NCBI GenBank assembly: GCA_002070045.1
Contig: MWCN01000042.1
Coordinates: forward strand, 2,662-66,661
Length of the DNA: 64,000 nt
DNA from: Candidatus Cloacimonetes bacterium ADurb.Bin211
GTDB lineage: Bacteria; Cloacimonadota; Cloacimonadia; Cloacimonadales; Cloacimonadaceae
Direction of reading: 5' to 3'
The translations under genes were made by a program, and so were the position numbers. The notes beneath the pieces were generated by a model that saw nothing but the letters and a program-made list of their open reading frames with translations, made no database searches and was not told the origin of the DNA. Of the stretch, positions 58,325 through 64,000 are shown piece after piece; positions within the stretch are counted from its first letter, which is position 1, and the number at the start of each line of letters is the position of its first letter.

Positions 58325-61300
58325 ATGTTAGAAAAAATACTCCGTAAAATGTTTGGTGATAAAAACACCCGTGATTTAAATAAATATATTCCACAAGTTC
58401 AGCTCATAAACCAGATTTATGAAGGTTTAGCGCAGTATGATGATGACCAGTTGCGAGAAAGAGTAGCAGAAATAAAACAGGAAATAGCAGAAAAGTTAAG
58501 TGATTTGAGAAACAAAGTAGATGAACTGGAAACTCGTTTTCGTGAAGAAGAAGATGAAGCAGAGCGTAATCGGATAGATATTCAGATAGATGAAACCAAA
58601 AAAGCGCTAAAGACACTCACCAAATCTACCTTAGATGATTATTTACCAGAGGTTTATGCAATTGTTAAAGATACCTGTCGTAGACTGGTGGGGAAAACTT
58701 TTATGGTGCGAGGTCATGAAACAATTTGGGATATGGTTCCTTTTGATGTGCAATTGATAGGAGCAATGGTTTTGCATGATGGCAAGATAGCTGAAATGGC
58801 AACGGGAGAAGGTAAAACCTTAGTGGCTACTATGCCTCTATTTCTTAATGCCTTAGTGGGAAGAGGTGCTCATTTAGTTACCGTCAATGATTATCTTGCT
58901 GCTCGTGATGCTGAATGGATGTCCCCCATATTTAATTTTCATAATCTAACGGTTGGATGCATTACAACTGATATGGATTTTGAATCCCGAAGAAAGGCTT
59001 ACCGAAGTGATGTTACCTATGGAATGAACAGTGAATTTGGTTTTGACTATCTTCGTGATAATATGGCAGTTACACCCGAGCAATTAGTTCAACGAGATTT
59101 TTATTATGCCATTGTAGATGAAGTAGATAGTATTCTTATTGATGAGGCAAGAACGCCCTTGATAATCAGTGGACCTATTGCTCAGGATAAAAATTTCTAC
59201 AATGAACTTCGCCCGCAAATAAATCAATTAGTTCAGGCACAAAATGCCCTGGTCCAGAAAGTTTTATCGGAAATCAGAGAAGATCTTAGAGAGGATAATC
59301 CAAATTCTGATATAGATAGATTGGGAAGAAATCTGTTGTTAGTTCAAAGAGCTGCACCAAGAAATAAAGCTTTTACCAAGATGATGCAGGAGCCAAAACT
59401 AAAAAAGCTGGTTAATGATGTAGAAGGTATTTACTTGCGTGACAAAAAGATGCCAGAACTGGATGATAATCTATACTATGTGGTAGATGAACATCAGAAC
59501 ACGGTAGACCTCTGTGAAAAGGGCAGAGATTTCCTATCTAAACACGACAAAAATCTGTTTGTGGTGGAAAGCCTGGATGAGATTTTAAATAGCATTGATG
59601 AAGATGAGTCTTTAACTGAGGAAGAAAAAATAAGGAAAAAGGCTCGGGAAACCAACCGTTTTATGGATAAAAGTGAGAAACTCCACAATATCAATCAACT
59701 CTTAAAAGCTTACACTCTTTTTGAAAAGGATGTGGAATATGTGGTGGTAGACAATCGAGTGGTCATTGTAGATGAATTTACAGGTAGATTAATGCCAGGC
59801 AGAAGGTATTCTGATGGGCTACATCAAGCTCTGGAAGCAAAAGAAAATGTAGAAATAGAAGCAGGCACTCAGACTTTTGCCACGATAACTTTGCAGAATT
59901 ACTTTAGAAAATATGAAAGATTAGCTGGTATGACTGGAACTGCAGCAACAGAAGAAGCTGAATTTGTGGAGATTTATAATCTTCCGGTAATAACTATACC
60001 AACCAATGTACCGGTTACCCGAATTGACCATGAAGATGTAATCTATATGACCAAGAATGAGAAATATCAGGCTTTGATTGATGAAGTTATTTACTGGCAT
60101 AATCTGAATAAGCCTGTCTTAGTAGGAACAGTAAGTGTGGAAGTTTCCGAGACTATCAGTCGGATGCTAAAACGTCGTAACATTCCTCACAATGTTTTGA
60201 ACGCTCGTCAACATCAAAGAGAAGCTGAGATTATAGCTTTAGCGGGACAACCTGGCTCCGTCACTATCGCTACAAATATGGCTGGTCGTGGGACGGATAT
60301 AAAACTTGGACCGGGTGTTGTGACTAAAAGCATAGAAGAATATAGGGGTATAGACCCTTCTATAACGCCTGAATATCCTTATGGTCTGCCTTTAGATGGA
60401 CTTCATGTGATAGGTAGTGAAAGACATGAGAGTAGAAGAATAGACCGTCAATTACGTGGAAGAGCAGGACGTCAAGGTGACCCTGGTAGTTCAAGATTCT
60501 ATTTATCTCTGGAAGATGACTTACTTCGTCTTTTTGGTTCTGAAAGAATTGCACCTATGATGACTCGTATGGGAATGAAACCTGGTGATGCCATCAGACA
60601 CCCCTGGATGACAAAAACGGTGGAAAGAGCTCAAAAGAGAGTGGAAGAAAATAACTTTGAAATTCGCCGTAATCTCTTAAAATATGATGAAGTGATGAAT
60701 CAACAAAGAGAGGTTATTTATTCCTATCGTAGAAGTGTTCTGAAAGGATATTCACTAAAGCGTGAAGTTCAAGAGATGATAGAAGAAACCATAGACAGGA
60801 TTATATCCGAAAATATTCTCTTAGATAGTGCGCCAGAAGAATGGAATCTGGCAAGACTAACTCAATGGTTCAAATCTGCCTTGAATGTAGCCATAGAACC
60901 GGAAGACCTGGAATCGGACCATCTAAGTGAACCTCTTTTAAGGAATACTTTGAAAGAGCTGATTATGCAAGCCTATGAAAAGAAGGAAGAAATGGTGGGT
61001 TCTGAATCAATGCGAGAAATTGAACGCCGCTGTCTCCTGGAAGTCGTGGATGAAGAATGGCGAGATCATTTGCATGAAATGGACCTCCTCAAAGAAGGTG
61101 TCTATCTTAGAGCTTATGCAGAGAAAGACCCGCTGATAGAATATAAGAGGGAAAGCTTTGAACTTTTTCAAAATCTTATCTCTCGTATTCAAGAAAATGT
61201 AACCAAAAAAGTGTTTACCACCTATATCCTGACTCAGGAACAAGTTCAGAATATGTTGAAAGACTCCAAATTGCAACATGAAAATGTTAGTGCATTCCTG

Positions 61301-61489
61301 AAATCTCAGGAATTAAGGCCTACTCAACAAAATATGAGTGCAGCTCCTAATTTCTCTGAGCCAGATGCAGGAGCAGTAAAACAAAAACCTATTCGGGTAG
61401 CTCAACATATTGGAAGAAACGATCCCTGTCCCTGTGGGAGCGGCAAAAAATATAAGAAATGCTGTGGACGTTTTGAAAACGATGTATAA
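58325..61489 (+). CDS. secA: Preprotein translocase ATPase SecA
   Basis: 'EMATGEGKT', 'IVDEVDSILIDEARTPL', 'QLRGRAGRQGDPG', SEC-C 'GRNDPCPCGSGKKYKKCC'. Confidence 0.98.
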   Translation: MLEKILRKMFGDKNTRDLNKYIPQVQLINQIYEGLAQYDDDQLRERVAEIKQEIAEKLSDLRNKVDELETRFREEEDEAERNRIDIQIDETKKALKTLTKSTLDDYLPEVYAIVKDTCRRLVGKTFMVRGHETIWDMVPFDVQLIGAMVLHDGKIAEMATGEGKTLVATMPLFLNALVGRGAHLVTVNDYLAARDAEWMSPIFNFHNLTVGCITTDMDFESRRKAYRSDVTYGMNSEFGFDYLRDNMAVTPEQLVQRDFYYAIVDEVDSILIDEARTPLIISGPIAQDKNFYNELRPQINQLVQAQNALVQKVLSEIREDLREDNPNSDIDRLGRNLLLVQRAAPRNKAFTKMMQEPKLKKLVNDVEGIYLRDKKMPELDDNLYYVVDEHQNTVDLCEKGRDFLSKHDKNLFVVESLDEILNSIDEDESLTEEEKIRKKARETNRFMDKSEKLHNINQLLKAYTLFEKDVEYVVVDNRVVIVDEFTGRLMPGRRYSDGLHQALEAKENVEIEAGTQTFATITLQNYFRKYERLAGMTGTAATEEAEFVEIYNLPVITIPTNVPVTRIDHEDVIYMTKNEKYQALIDEVIYWHNLNKPVLVGTVSVEVSETISRMLKRRNIPHNVLNARQHQREAEIIALAGQPGSVTIATNMAGRGTDIKLGPGVVTKSIEEYRGIDPSITPEYPYGLPLDGLHVIGSERHESRRIDRQLRGRAGRQGDPGSSRFYLSLEDDLLRLFGSERIAPMMTRMGMKPGDAIRHPWMTKTVERAQKRVEENNFEIRRNLLKYDEVMNQQREVIYSYRRSVLKGYSLKREVQEMIEETIDRIISENILLDSAPEEWNLARLTQWFKSALNVAIEPEDLESDHLSEPLLRNTLKELIMQAYEKKEEMVGSESMREIERRCLLEVVDEEWRDHLHEMDLLKEGVYLRAYAEKDPLIEYKRESFELFQNLISRIQENVTKKVFTTYILTQEQVQNMLKDSKLQHENVSAFLKSQELRPTQQNMSAAPNFSEPDAGAVKQKPIRVAQHIGRNDPCPCGSGKKYKKCCGRFENDV

Positions 61490-61514
61490 ATAAAAAAGTA
61501 GAAAAAGGAAGCTA

Positions 61515-63734
61515 ATGCCTAAAAATCTAATCATTGTAGAATCCCCTGCTAAGGCTAACACTATTTCTAAATTCCTAGAACATAAATATGATGTAAAAGC
61601 TTCAATGGGTCATATAAGAGATTTACCAGAAAATGAACTGGGAGTTGATATAAACCATAACTTTCGTCCGGTTTATAGGGTAGATAAGAAAAAAAGTAAA
61701 GTTATTAATGAACTAAAAGAAGCGGCTAAAGGTGCTGAGACGGTATATTTAGCCAGTGACCATGATAGGGAAGGTGAAGCTATAGCCTGGCATTTAACCA
61801 AAGTTCTGGAGAAAGAATTGAGCGGTAAAGAAGTTTATCGTATTGTATTCAATGAAATTACTTCCAGAGCCATTCAAGAAGCTATCAAAAATCCTAGTTC
61901 CATTGATATGGCAAAAGTGGATGCACAACAGGCAAGAAGAGTTCTTGATCGTATTGTAGGATATACTGTTTCACCTTTATTATGGAAGGTTATTGCTAAG
62001 AAATTAAGTGCGGGAAGAGTGCAAAGTGTGGCATTAAGATTAATCTGTGAAAGAGAAGAAGAAATCCAGAACTTTGTACCTAAGGAATACTGGAAGTTAG
62101 AAGCAAAATTTCATAGGGATAATCTCTCCCCCTTTAAGGCAGCTCTAGAAAAATGGGAGAATAAAAAAATAGAGATCCCGGATGAGACTACGGCACAAAA
62201 ATTAATTGATGAAATAGATTCTTCTCCTGCTGTTATTTCAGATTTAAAGAGAAGCACTCATAAACTGGAACCTCTACCTCCTTTTATAACCAGTACACTT
62301 CAACAGGAAGCATCCAAGATTTTGGGTTTTTCTTCGGATAAGACAATGAAAATAGCTCAAGAATTGTATGAGGGTGTTGACCTTAAAGGAGAAAGAACAG
62401 GTCTTATCACTTATATGCGTACGGATAGTTTGCGCATTGCTGATGAGGCAATAGAAAATTGTAGAAAATTGATAAAAGAGCGATTTGGTAAAGACCTTAT
62501 CAATCCTGGAACCCGAGTCTATAAAAATAAATCTACGGCTCAAGACGCTCATGAAGCAATTAGACCCACAAATACTTTTTATACTCCAGAAAGTATAGCA
62601 GAAAATCTCAGCCGAGACCAGTTAAAACTTTATACTCTAATCTGGCAGAGATTTGTAGCAACTCAGATGAAACCTGCTAAATTGCTACGAACAAAGGTTG
62701 ATGTCACTGTTGGAAAAGCAATATTTAGTGCTAATGGAAATGTGATTGAAGAAGAGGCATTTTTAAAAGTTTATCCCTATATGAAGATAATATCTGGCGA
62801 AACCATAGATTCTGCTTATGAGAAAGGAGACAACCTTGAATACGATAAGATAGAATCTTCCCAGCATTTTACCACTCCACCTCCAAGATATACAGAGGCT
62901 TCGTTAATTAAAGAACTTGAAGCAAAAGGCATTGGAAGACCTTCCACTTATGCTACTATTATCAGTACTATCCGAAAAAGAAGATATGTGGGAATGGAAA
63001 AGAAGAACTTTTTCCCAACTAAATTAGGTTTGGATGTGAATCGTTTTCTGGTCTCCAATTTTGATGATATCTTCAATGTAAGTTTCACTGCCAATATGGA
63101 AACCAAACTGGATGAAGTGGAAGAAAAAAATATAGTCTGGTATGATCTGGTAAAGAACTACTATGAAGAACTGATGAATCTATTAAGTAAGGTAGATGTG
63201 AAAAAATCAAAACAGGAATTCATTGAAGAAACAGATATTGTATGTGATGTATGTAAAGAAGGAAAGATGGTAATTAGACATTCTACTAATGGTGAATTTC
63301 TATCCTGCAGTCGGTTCCCTGCCTGTAAAAATACCAAAAGATTCATTCGCGATAATAAAGGAAATATTGTAATTGTAAAACCAGAAACCCTGGAAGAGAA
63401 ATGTCCTCAATGTGGAAGTCCTTTGATAGAACGTAAGGGAAAATATGGTGAATTCATTGCTTGCAGCAACTATCCTAAATGTAAGTATTCACGGAATAAG
63501 ACAACTGGAGTTACCTGTCCTGAATGTGGTAAAGGTGAACTAATTCAGAGACGCAATAAAAAAGGCAGTATTTTCTATTCCTGTAATCGTTATCCCGAAT
63601 GTAAATTTATTAGTTCTTATAAACCCATTCCTGTTTCCTGTCCGGAATGTGGAAATCCTTATGTGGTGGAAAAAAAGACCAGCGATGGTGATAGTTATAA
63701 AGAATGCCCTAAATGCAAAAGCAGGATGAAATAA
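61515..63734 (+). CDS. topA: DNA topoisomerase I
   Basis: 'IVESPAKA', 'DHDREGEAIAWH', 'SAGRVQS', 'LITYMRTDS' (catalytic Tyr), C-terminal zinc ribbons. Confidence 0.98.
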   Translation: MPKNLIIVESPAKANTISKFLEHKYDVKASMGHIRDLPENELGVDINHNFRPVYRVDKKKSKVINELKEAAKGAETVYLASDHDREGEAIAWHLTKVLEKELSGKEVYRIVFNEITSRAIQEAIKNPSSIDMAKVDAQQARRVLDRIVGYTVSPLLWKVIAKKLSAGRVQSVALRLICEREEEIQNFVPKEYWKLEAKFHRDNLSPFKAALEKWENKKIEIPDETTAQKLIDEIDSSPAVISDLKRSTHKLEPLPPFITSTLQQEASKILGFSSDKTMKIAQELYEGVDLKGERTGLITYMRTDSLRIADEAIENCRKLIKERFGKDLINPGTRVYKNKSTAQDAHEAIRPTNTFYTPESIAENLSRDQLKLYTLIWQRFVATQMKPAKLLRTKVDVTVGKAIFSANGNVIEEEAFLKVYPYMKIISGETIDSAYEKGDNLEYDKIESSQHFTTPPPRYTEASLIKELEAKGIGRPSTYATIISTIRKRRYVGMEKKNFFPTKLGLDVNRFLVSNFDDIFNVSFTANMETKLDEVEEKNIVWYDLVKNYYEELMNLLSKVDVKKSKQEFIEETDIVCDVCKEGKMVIRHSTNGEFLSCSRFPACKNTKRFIRDNKGNIVIVKPETLEEKCPQCGSPLIERKGKYGEFIACSNYPKCKYSRNKTTGVTCPECGKGELIQRRNKKGSIFYSCNRYPECKFISSYKPIPVSCPECGNPYVVEKKTSDGDSYKECPKCKSRMK

Positions 63735-63739
63735 CAAGA

Positions 63740-64000
63740 TTAAAAGATAGATAATTTAAGCTGAATATTTATTCCGTATTTTTTTGGAGAAAGGATAGAT
63801 TTCTCTACATATAGAGATAGAGTTGAGGTTCTAAGTTTTAGACCTACAGTTAATGATAGAGCTGTTTCTTCAGAGCTGCAAATACTGTAATATTCAGGAC
63901 TAAATTCATCTACACTATAAAATTTATATGGACTTTGCCAGCTGACATAGCCTAATTTCAATTCCCAGATTGATTTTTGATATCCCAAAAAATATTGAAA
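63740..64000 (-). CDS. C-terminal fragment of a gene starting outside the window, possibly an outer-membrane beta-barrel
   Basis: Frame is open to the window edge; alternating hydrophobic strands ending in a terminal Phe ('INIQLKLSIF'). Confidence 0.4.
   Translation of the reverse strand, partial: FQYFLGYQKSIWELKLGYVSWQSPYKFYSVDEFSPEYYSICSSEETALSLTVGLKLRTSTLSLYVEKSILSPKKYGINIQLKLSIF

Noticed and set aside
58500-59700. Long insertions in SecA as a possible intein or novelty
   Set aside because: No intein splice motifs; long SecA variants are known in FCB-group bacteria.

Overview
AT-rich bacterial chromosomal window spanning the replication origin. The lineage is probably Cloacimonadota (Ca. 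Cloacimonas-like), inferred from FlgD/T9SS-type C-terminal domains, gingipain-like proteases, a long FCB-type SecA and anaerobic fermentation genes. Content is mostly core: rsmG-parA-parB-rfbB, dnaA flanked by DnaA boxes and a DnaA-trio unwinding site, a parS site, SurA-like PPIases, pgpA-yajC-def-fmt, RNase P RNA, split fumarase, nth, eno, fur-feoB-feoA, ptb-ptb-rpiB-glyA, secA and topA. I found no transposase, integrase, prophage, CRISPR array, tRNA or rRNA. Most notable: (1) a candidate ~60-nt sRNA at ~40.03-40.08 kb with its own promoter, terminator and an anti-SD/anti-AUG seed; (2) intergenic 11-bp tandem-repeat/inverted-repeat elements at ~5.6, 25.1 and 58.1 kb; (3) a tandem Arg-gingipain-like plus Lys-gingipain-like protease pair; (4) a soluble-adenylyl-cyclase-like STAND-TPR protein; (5) a PTS-IIA-CBS fusion coupled to an ion transporter. 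All calls come from manual motif reading; no database searches were run.
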